The notes: generated from the sequence alone by a model not told the origin. A DNA stretch of 64,000 bases from Octopus sinensis (GCF_006345805.1 NC_043011.1:3162001-3226000), one strand, 5' to 3'. Positions 51,347 to 63,130 are shown, counted from the stretch's first letter. Program-made: numbers and translations.

Positions 51347-51543
51347 AAGCAGAGCATGCCATCAAAGTGACACTGGGGTAAAATATACGAAACCCAGTAT
51401 ACCCATCATGACTACCCGTCTGATAAGGGTACACCAGGCACATGCATCACAACCATATGTGCGCGACATGGTGATCTCATATCAAGATAAGCAGCACATG
51501 ACCTTGCAGGTGGAGCCCAGTTAGAATTTTCTTCAGATCGAGT
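51347..51543 (-). mobile_element. ~550-bp element, copy 7 (197-bp partial)
   Basis: Repeats 50801-50997 with 2 differences and shares copy 6's private variants. Confidence 0.85.
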
Positions 51544-51562
51544 ATTATTATTATTATTATTA

Positions 51563-51593
<31 letters not shown>

Positions 51594-51850
51594 GAAGGTG
51601 CATAGCCTAGTGGTTAGGGTGTCGCACTCACAATCGCTAGATCGTGATTTCAGTTCCTAGATCAGGTGGTGCATTGTGTTCTTGAGCAAGACAATTTATC
51701 TCATGTTGCTCTGCAAGCCCTTCAATATCTGATGGATGGTACACTGTGCCTATGTCCAGATAACATTGATTTGATGGAGGGAGTGAGCTAATGTGCAGCA
51801 CCAACATTTGATCACTATAAGCAAATCATTTGTACAAGATTTTCAGCAAA
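51594..51850 (+). mobile_element. tRNA-derived SINE (type C), diverged
   Basis: GAAGGTGCATAGCCTAGTGGTTAGGG head, TTCTTGAGCAAGAC block. Confidence 0.6.
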
Positions 51851-53637
51851 AGCTGCACACTCATACATTGTCTTCAACAGGAGAGTCCATCATTATTATT
51901 ATCATCATCATCATCATCATTATTATTACTATTATTATTATTATTATTATCATTATTATTATTATTATATTATTATTATTATTATTATTATTAAGGTAGA
52001 GAGATAGCGGAAGCATTAGCACACTAAACAAAATGCTTAAGTGACATTTCATCAGCCTTTATTTTCTGAGTTCAAATTCCACCAAGGTTGACAGCCTTTC
52101 ATCCTTTCCGGCTTGATGAATTAAGTCCCAGTTGAGCCCTGGCACTCAAAATTTCAGTTCTTGTGCCTGTAGCAGAAATAAATTTTATATAATTACAATG
52201 TCTGGCTGAGTATGAAAAGCCTTTTTAGTCCCTTTTCCAGTAGGAATCGTGTTTATATCTGTTCTTAATTTGTATTGAGGACTTTCTGAATAATTGTTGC
52301 TGAACCAAGTTAAAAGTTTTTCTGCACTACACCTACTCTGAGGTTTAAGGTAGAGCTTTACAAGCTATGCTTTCAAAGCCTTTGTTATTGTTCCTAATAA
52401 TAATTGGAAAATTAACTTCTTTGTTAGCTTCTTTGTTCCAGCATTTGTGAATTAGTATAACACTCAAGTTTTACCTTTTTATTTTCCTTGATTTTGATAT
52501 TAAATGAGGCATTTTGCACCTATTACAAAATACAATTTCTTCTTCTTATCAATGACTATAACATCTGGTTTGGTTTGTTCTATTCTCCATCTATTTTGTA
52601 TAAGAAAGTTTCATAAACTAACATCATCCTATCTGAAGATTTTTATTTCGATCTCACAAAATGGGTTTTGCTCCAAACCTTTTCTAAAAATTCCATTGTT
52701 TTAAGACAGAATACCAGACTCAATTTTTATAATTCTACTACTTTCTTAGCACTTATTATTACCCTTTATCTTTGCCTTCTTTTTCAGTATAAATGATTGA
52801 CATCTGATTAGAGATGTTTCAGTGTTGTGAGCTGCTCCCTTGTTTCTTCCTTGATAACCTTTAGCTCATCCCTTTTCTGCTGAATACTTCCAGCTCTATA
52901 CCTTATTAATGACACATTCCCTTCAAGTTGATACATTATATATTTCCCACATTCAACCTAGATTTTAGAATATATTTTATTGCACAAAAATATTCTTTAA
53001 TGAGGACTTCCTTCATTTCTGTAATACTTTCCACTATTTCTAGATACTTATGTGTTTCCTCTACAGTTAAAGATTTTATATTCTCCCTGCAAGGTAAATT
53101 CCAGTTCAACATTTCACATGATTTCCCGCCATCTTCATCTACACATTAATACATTTCTCAATTGCAAATATCACCTCCATATCACTACTAAATCTTCTTA
53201 TGTTTTGCACAAGGGAATCTATTCAATTCTTGTATTTGCCACAAGGCTTTTAGTCACCCATAAACAGGAGATAATTCACTGCCCCCCCCCCCATTCTTTC
53301 CCAGTAAATATCGCTTCTTATCTTCACATATAACTGATAAAGGAATTAGGGCAATTTAAATCAAGATAGAAGAAAAGAAACTATCGTCTTAAAATATTCT
53401 TCCTTCTAGTCTATGCATCTACTAATTATACCTCTCCAGAAGTCAACACTATTTTCTGATGTTACACTGCACTTTCTAACAGACATCTAACTTTTCTGAG
53501 ATCTTGAGCAGTCTGAGGCACTGCTTGATCCATGAGTGTGGGACTAGATCATGTACCTTTTTATAATCAATCCACATAAAGTATAGATTTATCAATGTAT
53601 TTCTGCAAATCTTCAAAACCATCATATTGACCATTAA

Positions 53638-53859
53638 CCCTTTTGTTACCAACCCGGCTGAAACCGCCTCTGGCTCTGTAGAACGAATGTCTTGTTTTCA
53701 TAAGTTTTGAATTAAAATCTTCCACCAAACCTTAGTCACAATTTATGTTCCTAACACTAGCTGAATGATTACTAAGTTAATTTCACTAAATTCTTTGTTA
53801 TATTTAAAGTAATTGAAACAAACACAGAGCATCTCAAAATAAATACAGTAACGAAAGGG
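53638..53859. mobile_element. piggyBac-type MITE (family B)
   Basis: TTAA at 53634-37 and 53860-63. Inverted copy of 33410-33631. Confidence 0.85.
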
Positions 53860-54242
53860 TTAAATGGTTTTTTGTGTTCCATTGCTCATTTTCCAACAAA
53901 TTTTTGTGTTCATCAAGTACTAAATGTTTCTCATATGTTGGTATAACTCTTCTGCAATTATTCCTGTTAGGTGGTTTTACATAAATGGTAGGTATGTAAT
54001 TAGTCAATAATTTGAAGGTAACATTTCCTTTCAATTTGTCTTCCAGTATCAGACAAGTTCTTCCTCGTTGCTAACCATAGTGGTACATTCTTCCTTTGAG
54101 AAATACCCATTTAGTTATACCATTATGGTTTCATGAAGGTATATAAATTCTTACAGCCAGTAACCATGAATGAGAATTCATCCAGTAAATTTTCACTTAG
54201 TTCCTTTCAGATATTTGCTTTCATGATGGTCAAATTCTTCTG

Positions 54243-54555
54243 TGGAGGCACATGGCCTAGTGGTTAGAGCGGCAGATTCGTGGTCGAGGGATCGCAGGTT
54301 CGAATCTCAGACCGGGCGTAGTGTGTGTTTATGAACAAAACACCTAAGCTCCACGTGGCTCCGGCAGAAGGTAATGGCGAACTTCTGCTGACTCTTTCGT
54401 CACAACTTTCTCTCACTCATTCCTCCTGCATCTTGCAGCTCACCTGCGATGGACTGGCATCCTGTCCAGGTGGGGAACCTATACGCCAAGGAAACTGGGA
54501 AACCGGCCCTTATGAGCCAGGCATGGCTCGAGAAGGAACAAACAAAACAAAAACA
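54243..54555 (+). mobile_element. tRNA-derived SINE (type C-related)
   Basis: TGGCCTAGTGGTTAGAG (A box), GGTTCGAATC (B box), non-tRNA body, (AAAC)n-like tail. Confidence 0.8.
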
Positions 54556-55256
54556 AATTCTTCTGCACCTTAATATTTTGATTCTAATTTTCCACTTGCT
54601 TCATCCACTGTACTTCATCATTTTGTTTAGCGTTTTTCCCAAAATTTCTCTTCAAAATAGTTTACTTTTTTTTGCAGTTAGTCTTATGTTCTCATTTCTC
54701 TCATTTCAAATTGTCTTTTCTGGTTTGATTAAAAAAGGTAATTTTACATACATTGATTGTGTCCCTGTTACCTTTCTAATTTTGGCAATTTTTACCTTTA
54801 CTGTGTCAGAATCACTAGGGTATCAGAATAAAGTGTCTTTAGATATTTGTTCCAAGTATGTACATTTTGAGTTCAAATCCTGTGAAGGCCAACTTTGCTT
54901 TTTATTCCTCAATGGGATAATAGAATAGAGTCAAGTACTGGTGTGGTTGACTAACCACATCTCAGAATTGCTGGCCTTATTCCTAAATTAGAAACAATTA
55001 TCATCATCCTCATCGTTGTCGTTGTTGTCATTGTTGTTGTTATTATTGTCATTATTGTTTTCATATCCATATTGCTGTGACCATAAACATCATCCCAATA
55101 ATTTAATCTCTTTTTGTACAAATTTCTCTGATGATCGTTTCAAATTTTATTTATTAATATTCAGTCATTTTTGGTAAAAACAGAGTTTAATTAAATTTAA
55201 TTAAATGTGGGTTTAAATTAGGGAAAACTGCCATTTTCCCTGTTGTCTGCATTTGC

Positions 55257-57017
55257 CACTGGACTGCAAAAGAAACGCAATGTTTTCAAATGTTATTTTT
55301 TATGCGGTAAATTCTGAAAATTATTTCAAGGATGTAAGTGTAAATATTCCAAGACATACTGGTTTATGGCTGAGACCCAAATTGCAGGTAACCTTTCAAC
55401 TTACCCTGAAACGAGATTCCAAAACACAGCTGAGTTGAATGCAGTGGGTGGCAGTTGCAAACAGTTGTCTTGAAAACCGAAATGCACGTGCATCTCATGG
55501 AGGTTATGGGTATAAAAGTCAATTTGAACTGTGTTCCTGGAATTTGTAATTTCATTGCATCAGGTATGACCCCGATTGTCAGGAGCACAGAGAGAATAAG
55601 CTATTGGCCAATTGCAAGCAGGGCAGCATGTCCTGCTTGCTGTGAAAGCTTACAATGTCCGTGTCAGCACCATCTGTCACCTGCAACAGTGATACAACAA
55701 CACCAACAGCACTGCAGACCATGCCAGCAGTGGGCACCCCTGGGTGACCATGCCCAGGCAGGACTGCTTCATCCACTTGCAACACCTCTGTGATTGCTTC
55801 AGACTGGCCAGCATGACCGCTTGTGAGACCATTGACACTGGACAGTGATCCATCAGTGATTACATGGTACGACATCGACTGGCCACCAACCACCTGCAAT
55901 TGCCATCATCCTGCTCAAGAGCCTGTCCTCACCATCCACCACTGTCAAGCACATCTACAATGGGCTACAGAGCACTGAAATTGGTGGTATCAACAATGGA
56001 AGATGATAGTCTTCTCTGATGAGAGCCAGTACTATGTTTCCACCTCAGATGGTAGAGTGTGGGTGTGGTATAGAAGGCAGAGAGCTGGCAGAAACGTTAG
56101 CATGCCGGGCGAAATGCTTAACAGTATCTCGCTTGTCGTTACGTTGTGAGTTCAAATTCCGCCGAGGTTGCCTTTGCCTTTCATCCTTTCGAGGTCGATA
56201 AATTAAGTACCAGTTACACACTGGGGTCGATGTGATCGACTTAATACCTATGTCTGTCCTTGTTTGTCCCCTCTGTGTTTAGCCCCTTGTGGGTAATAAA
56301 GAAATAGGTATAGGAGGGGGTGAACGCTACAGTGATGCATAATCATGAAGAGAGATTATGGGGTGGCCAAAGCTATAGGCCTGAATTAGAGAACTGGGCC
56401 CTATGTGTTCCAAAATGTTGGTGGAGGAAGAAGGATTGGCATTACAGTGCAGTGCTACGTTGACCCGATCCTAAGACCTCACATTGTGCCCTTCTTTGTG
56501 CGTCACCATAGCCACGTGTTCCAGCAGGATAATGCTCCCTCCCACATGGCCAGGGTCACGATAGACTCCCTGCATCGGTACAACATGGGAACCATGCCAT
56601 GGCTGGCTCTCAGCCTAGATTTGAACCCAATCGAACACCTGTGGGATGAAATGCAGAGACAGCTGAACCAGGTGGTCCCAAGGCCAACAACTCATGTGGA
56701 ACTGGAGGAAGCTTTCCTCAGGGTGTTGGCATAGGTGTCAATGGCTTTGGGAACCACATCATGCACTCCATGTACCGATGCTGTATGGCTGTTTTTAACA
56801 CCCAGGAAAGGCATACACAGTACTGAACATGTCACACCCTACAATCTCAATGTGCTGTATCCGCCCACTACCAGAACACATGACAATAACCCATAGACTG
56901 TGGCCAAAGTGCATCCAAGAAATCAACTTTATCAGATTTATCAAAATTTATCTCTGACATAAAGAAATTAAAACATATTTCAGTCACACACGTCTCATGT
57001 TTCTTTATTCGGTGTAT
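55257..57017 (+). mobile_element. Tc1-family transposon, decayed, with a SINE insertion
   Basis: AIGQLQAG; VFSDES..DGRVWVW; VFQQDNAPSH; LDLNPIEHLWDE (DD34E type). Degenerate ends AAAAGAAAC / GTTTCTTTATTCGGTGTA. Confidence 0.85.
56074..56306 (+). mobile_element. tRNA-derived SINE (type B)
   Basis: TSD GGTATAG at 56067-73 and 56307-13. Removing the SINE restores Tc1 DGRVWVWYRRGERY. Confidence 0.9.
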
Positions 57018-57139
57018 TCAGATAGTCAACAAATCGTTTGATGAGAGGGGTGGTGTGAGGCAGTCATTCAAACCATGGTAGCAGAGCAAGGAGGTTATTA
57101 CTTGCCTCGAGACTTTGCTTAGTAAAGTGATAAGTAGTT

Positions 57140-58180
57140 TTATCTGCATTTTTTTTCAATGGCTAACAACATCACTGCTATGAATAGAATTAACACTGAA
57201 GAACATGTAACAACAAAAACAACAACACAGCCAGTTTTAAAACAAGTCAACCAGCTTTTTACATCCACAAATAACATCACCATTAACAAGATAACGACCA
57301 TTAAAAAGATTTGGAAGCTACATTCAGCTAAAGCAACATGGGGGTTTATTAATGCCTGGCCATTGAACTTTGTCCCAGGAAACATCTGACTGGGTTGGAG
57401 CATATACTGTTTAGTTTCCACTGGAAGGGACAGATTCTGCAGCAGGAAACGTTCCCGTTGCCATTGTCCACTATAACAAAGTATTTTGAGATGCTGAGAC
57501 TGATAATGGAATGCATAGGCATATTCTAAGGTTTCTGAATGACAAGGACGGTAAAGAGATGTAGTTGCTATTCATGTGATTTGAATTTTCACAGCTCATT
57601 TGAGTCAAGCATGGACAAAGTTGAGCATTTGCAATCTGCACTCTACCAACTGAATCATGTGGTCAACTTAAGGTCAACCATTATAGAGTATTGAAAAGAT
57701 ATAAGTGATGCTGGGCTGAAGCAATTCTCGGTGTTGATGTGGGCAAACTGGACAGTCTCTCCTGGAGGTCATATAGGTCAGAGATCATAGATATTTTTCT
57801 AAAAAGTTCTTCCCTTGGGACCACTTGCTTGGGATACATATTATAAACATAATCATGCTGAAGTTTCCAGCAACTGAACATATTTGAGATGCACTCAGAA
57901 TGATGAAAGCATTTGACATACACTCACACAGTGACTATGTTTTCTAATTAGTGAGTTTATATCAAACAGTTGTTGTTACATGCAGGGTGGATTTGACTCT
58001 CAGATGAGTATATTGTGAAAATAGACCTACCACCTACACTTGGTATAAGAGAGCTGGTACTCTTCAACTCCTTGGTGAAAATGGCAAAAGACATTGTGTG
58101 GTTGCCAAACTCGAAAGGTTTGAGGACAAATTTTTCTCCCAGATGATGCCCTCTTTAGTTTCAAGTATCACTTTAAAAGG
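57140..58180 (-). other. Unidentified protein-like degenerate coding remnant
   Basis: Open stretches in different minus frames (CFHHSECISNMFSCWKLQHDY...; ETLEYAYAFHYQSQHLK...PGTKFNGQAL) separated by stops. Family not recognised. Confidence 0.2.
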
Positions 58181-58556
58181 GAGATGAAAGTGACAAGGGA
58201 GGAGCTGCATTCTAATAAAAAATTTTAACATTAGATGAGAGAGACAAAATTAGCATGGCTAAAGGGATTGGCTTGAAACTCTAAGCTGCTGGCAAAACAA
58301 AGGGAAGGCACTTACTTTCAGTAGACCAAGATAATCTGAAATAACACATTATGGGGTCCCCACTATTTTCTGGATACTTTCTTAGTATTTATTTTGTTGT
58401 TCGTTTCTATTACTGCTTTTTTTGTTGTCTATTTATTAATGTGATTCTATTGTTATTGTTGATCTCATAATTTCCATTATATTTCTGGTAGTTTTTCTTT
58501 TTATTTTGCCTTTGCACTGTCCTCCCAGATTTGAGCCTTTGGGGCTAATAAAAAGG

Positions 58557-58563
58557 ATGATGC

Positions 58564-58615
<52 letters not shown>

Positions 58616-58740
58616 GGTGGTGGTGGGGTGGTGGTGGTGGTGGTGGTGGTGGTGGTGGTGGTGATGATGATGACGATGATGATCACGACGACGACGATGA
58701 TCACGACGACGATCATCATCATTATCATCATCATCATCAT
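58557..58740. repeat. (GAT)n-(GGT)n-(GAC/CAT)n compound microsatellite
   Basis: Directly visible. Confidence 0.95.
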
Positions 58741-59689
58741 TTCTGTGTTTAGTGTTGTTAGCACCAATAAAAATTCTATGGTTATTTTAAAAGTTATAAG
58801 TTAGTCGGAAGCTTTTTAAAGAACCATGAAGTTTATATAATTTCTTTTCAAATAATCATTTTTTTCCAAACATTTGATTGTAAGATGGTGTAAAAGTCCA
58901 CATAGGTTGTATTGGATGTACAGCCTATGGAGACAACATTTCTGAAACCTATAGCCTTGTTATACACTTGTCACCACTTATGCCCAGAGAGTTGTTATCT
59001 ATTTTTCACTTCACATCAAAAACGTAAACAATCTTAATCATGGAACAAAATCAATGACATTATCTTGCTATAATACTATTTTACTACTGTACACCTACAT
59101 TAATAAAACATCAACAAATCCTAATACACCCGATTACAGCCTAATTCTTAAATAAAAAAAATGTTCATGTGGGTAGACTTGAACCTGTATCCCAGTTGAC
59201 CAAAGTACAAGCTGCAGACATAGGGCTGTGGTTTCTAAAAATTGCATTACTAATACTGGTGCAGATATGACTATGGTTAAAAGTTCCCTTTCTTAGTCAA
59301 ATGCTTCTCGGTTCAGTTCCATTTCTATAACTTCGAGCTGACTATTACCCTCAAGCCTCATGTGGGATTTGGTAGATAGAAGCCATATAAAGCCTCTCTT
59401 TCTCTATCCATCTCTCTCTCTCTTTCTCTCTCACACACACAAGCACACACATAAACACACACACACACACATACACTCATATATGAAGCAATGTGTGTGC
59501 TAACATATTTGCATTTATGTGACTTGAAACTAGTGCTGTTGTTTATGTAATGTAACATAAGCAGTTCAACAAATACACAAAGCAAAAAAAATGTATTAGT
59601 TTAAATATTGGAATTGATTTGTTTACTGAAATTCTTGAAGATTACTGATGATTGGATTGTGGCACCAATTTAGTGAAAGACTAAACAAC

Positions 59690-59743
<54 letters not shown>

Positions 59744-59747
59744 ATAT

Positions 59748-60915
59748 AGGCATAAGAGTGGTTGTGTGGCAAGTAGCTTGCTTCCCTACACCATTGCACA
59801 TCCACCCACAAATACCTTCCCACTCACCACACACTAGCAACAGACACGTTTCAGCACCCCTATCACACACCATTATCCACACACTCACACACAATCTTCA
59901 ATAGCATCACCATACATACCACAATACAAGCAGCTCTGTATGATGCCTAACTCAGTACACACATCACACACCATCAACTGCACTCTCACACCCACACAAA
60001 CACATAATACTTGAACACAGAAAAAATATATATATATTAGGTTCTGGGTTCAGTCCCACTTTGTGACATCTTGGGCAAGTGTCTTCTACTATAGCCTTAG
60101 GCCAACCAAAGCCTTATGTATGTATGTATGTATGTATGTACATACATTGTGAGCCGCTCTCCGGCTATCTATCTGCAGCTTTATATAGCTATAGTAAGAC
60201 CTCACCTAGAATTTGCATCACCGGTGTGGAACCCCTATCTTGCCCAGGATATTAATCGTCTGGAAGTCGTTCAGCGACGTGCAACCAAAAGAATACCCTC
60301 CATCAGGCATTTGCCATATTCTGAACGCCTTACTTCCCTGGGCATGGACACATTGAAACTCCAACCTCTGGCAGCTGACTTGGCAGACACCCATAAAATT
60401 ATTAACCATCTTACAAACAATAACTCTGAGCACCTTTTCAAACTCTACCCGTCTAACACCCGTGGCCATATTTACAAATTCAGAAAACAGCACAGCTCCC
60501 ATGGCTTTAGGAAACATTTTTTCATGCTGAGAGTTGCTGAAGCATGGAACAAACTGCCGGCATCAGTTGTTAGTTTGTCGGAGCACTACATCCTTCAAAA
60601 CTTCTATGCTTCTTGAAATTCGCCAACACTACACCTGATTTTCTCCCCTCCATACACACACAAGCATGTATCTGACACACATTGTTTGCTTTCCAGACAT
60701 TTGTACATTACTGCATACACTTTATACGCACTTTCTGACAAGTTGTGGTGCACCTGAGCACTGTATACAATAATTTCATTATTATTATATTATTATATAT
60801 ATATATAAGCACTAGGCATACAAAGAATAAGTCCTGGGGTCAATCTGTTCAACTAAAGGCAGTACTCCAACATGGCTGCAGTCAAATGACTGAAACAAGT
60901 AAAAGATTAAAAGAA
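59748..60915 (+). mobile_element. Type A SINE split into three parts by a CA-rich insert and a CR1
   Basis: Head at 59748-59790, middle at about 60040-60115, 3' module at about 60810-60915. Confidence 0.7.
60145..60795 (+). mobile_element. CR1-clade LINE 3' end
   Basis: LYIAIVRPHLEFASPVWNPYLAQDINRLEVVQRRATK...LPYSERL...WNKLP, then a 3' UTR ending in ATT repeats. Confidence 0.92.
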
Positions 60916-60948
60916 TATATATATATATCTATGTATATGTATGTATAA

Positions 60949-61006
<58 letters not shown>

Positions 61007-61073
61007 GGCGCAAAAGTGGTTATGTGGCAAGTAGTTTGCTTCCCAACACCATTACACATTTCAACGTGATATG

Positions 61074-61192
61074 GCTTACAGCCATATCATGTTGAAAGCA
61101 CCGGTTCTCATCCAATCACCAAAGTTAAGCAACGTTGAGCTTAGTTAGTACTTAGATGGGTGACCGCTTGAGAAACCTAGGTGCTTTAAGTG
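61074..61192 (+). pseudogene. 5S rRNA-derived retrocopy
   Basis: Full-length resemblance to metazoan 5S (GCTTACAGCCATATC...AGTTAAGCAACG...GTTAGTACTTAGATGGGTGACCG...GGTGCT). Many CpG-decay substitutions, single copy. Confidence 0.9.
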
Positions 61193-61284
61193 TCACACAT
61201 TTTAAACAGTGGTGCATCAGCATGGCCGCAGTTCTGAGCTGAAACTAGAGAGAGAAAAAAGAATATATATGTATATATATATAT

Positions 61285-61438
61285 ATCATCATCATCATCA
61301 TCATCATCGTTTAACGTCCGTTTTCAGCGCTAGCACGGGTTGGACGGTTCGACCGGGGTCTGGGAAGCCAGGAGCCGCTCCAGGCTCCAGTGTGATCTGG
61401 CAGAGTTTCTACGGCTGGATGCCCTTCCTAACGCCAAA
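61285..61438 (-). mobile_element. RTE-type 3' tail fragment
   Basis: Reverse complement of the 32.35-32.5 kb tail, with (GAT)n. Confidence 0.75.
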
Positions 61439-61568
61439 TATATATATATATATATATATGCAGGTATTAGTGTGTAGCAAGAAGTTTGCTTCACAACCTG
61501 ATCAAAGCCTTATGAGTGGATTTGATAGATGGAAACTGAAAGAAGCCTGTCATATATAATCATATATA

Positions 61569-61680
61569 AGAGTGATACTGGAATGGACATAGCCAGTCTG
61601 AAAGAAGCAGCCCAGGATAGAACTGACTGGAGGACACTGATCCAACGAGTAACCGAGAGTCGACTTTGACTGAGCGGATA
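61569..61680 (+). mobile_element. RTE-BovB-like extreme 3' end
   Basis: DTGMDIASLKEAAQDRTDWRTLIQRVTESR followed by (TA)n. Confidence 0.75.
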
Positions 61681-62833
61681 TATATATATATATATATACC
61701 TGCACCCCGGTAATGTCATTTATTGCATTCCCTGCTCTTTATGTCTTTCCCTGTATATTGGTCAAATGGGATGCTGCTTGGTTGACCTATTCATGGAGCA
61801 CCTCTGAGATATCAGACTCAGCAATTACACCCCAGTGTCATGCCACTTTCACTCTACTGGCCATTTGCTACAACATCTGTCTGTGGGTGTACTTCTCTGC
61901 ATGAGGGCCACCTGGACTCCTGTCTTCACCATGATCAGAAATTAATCTTCCCTCTACATTCTTTTGCATTATATGGGCACAACTCACTACCTCTCTTCAC
62001 CTGACACCAACCCCACACAGATATCCGCACACCTCTCACATTCAACTGCCTCCCTCCACCTACACATCTGCATACTGCCTACCTTAGTACCCTCATCACA
62101 AACACACCGTACACACTGTTTAACTCATTACTCCCTTCACATACCATTACACACACCCACAAACACCTTACCACTCCACACACACTAGCACCAAACACTT
62201 CTCAGCACCCGCACCACACACCATTATCCACACACTCACAATATTTAACTCAGTACACACATCACACACCATCCCACACACTCCCACACCAACACTAGCA
62301 TATAATGCTTGAACACAGACAATATATATATATATATATACATGCAACACACATAAATGCAGGCAACATGCATAGACAAAGATAACTTTCGCCCACAAAG
62401 ATACACCATACATATGTACACTACTTGGTTACACACACAACACGCTTGCACACACACCACCTGATCAAGCACACATCAACCACTACACACACACATACAC
62501 ACATGTTAGCCTCACACATATACACATGTCCATATGCAACTCACACATATACATGTGTCCATTTGTACACACACACACACACACACACACTTGCCCACAC
62601 ATACGTACTAACACACTTACCCCCACTTCACACATACACACTCACACACACACCAATCTCACGCATACACACATGCTTGTGCACCTTAGTTTGTTGGGTC
62701 CACTGTTATTATTATTATTATTGTTATTATTATTGTTATTATTATTGTTATTATTATTGTTATTATTATTGTTATTATTATTATTATTGTTGTTGTTATT
62801 ATTATTATTGTGTTGTTGTTGTTGTTGTTGTTG

Positions 62834-62870
<37 letters not shown>

Positions 62871-62929
62871 ATCATCATCTCCCTTTCATTCAGCCTCCTT
62901 TTCCTGCTCATCTCATCATGTTGGACCTT

Positions 62930-63130
62930 TGAACTCTGCACATTACATTTTTTTCTCTCACCATTTTTTTTTTTCATTCTCTCACCCTTTTTCCCCTCTT
63001 AATCCTTTCTGATGAAGAGCATAGGCTCAAAACATAAAAGACTTTTCCATTCTTCTTGAGCATTAAACTAATACACCTACTTCTTGCTCCTACACCTGTC
63101 TTCATCTTTTGTTTTCTGTAGATTTGAACT
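62930..63130 (+). mobile_element. Penelope-type terminal fragment with hammerhead-like motif
   Basis: CTGATGA-A-GAGC-ATAG-GCTC-AAAAC at 63009-63033. Matches 46437-46555. Confidence 0.55.

Larger units (their letters stand above)
52200..54860 (-). mobile_element. Heavily decayed R4/Dong-like LINE, interrupted by a MITE and a SINE
   Basis: Scattered minus-strand motifs (EKFW..N.K.N.EVQWMKQV; LGSATIIQKVL). No continuous frame. Confidence 0.35.

Noticed and set aside
54243-54320. tRNA gene
   Set aside because: A/B boxes are present, but there is no closing acceptor stem and the sequence runs into a SINE body and tail. The same applies to the other SINE heads.
54449-54928. Hydrophobic 159-aa 'membrane protein' ORF (similarly 27518-27907)
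   Set aside because: It starts inside a SINE and is antisense to purine-rich decayed LINE-like sequence. The hydrophobicity follows from T-richness.
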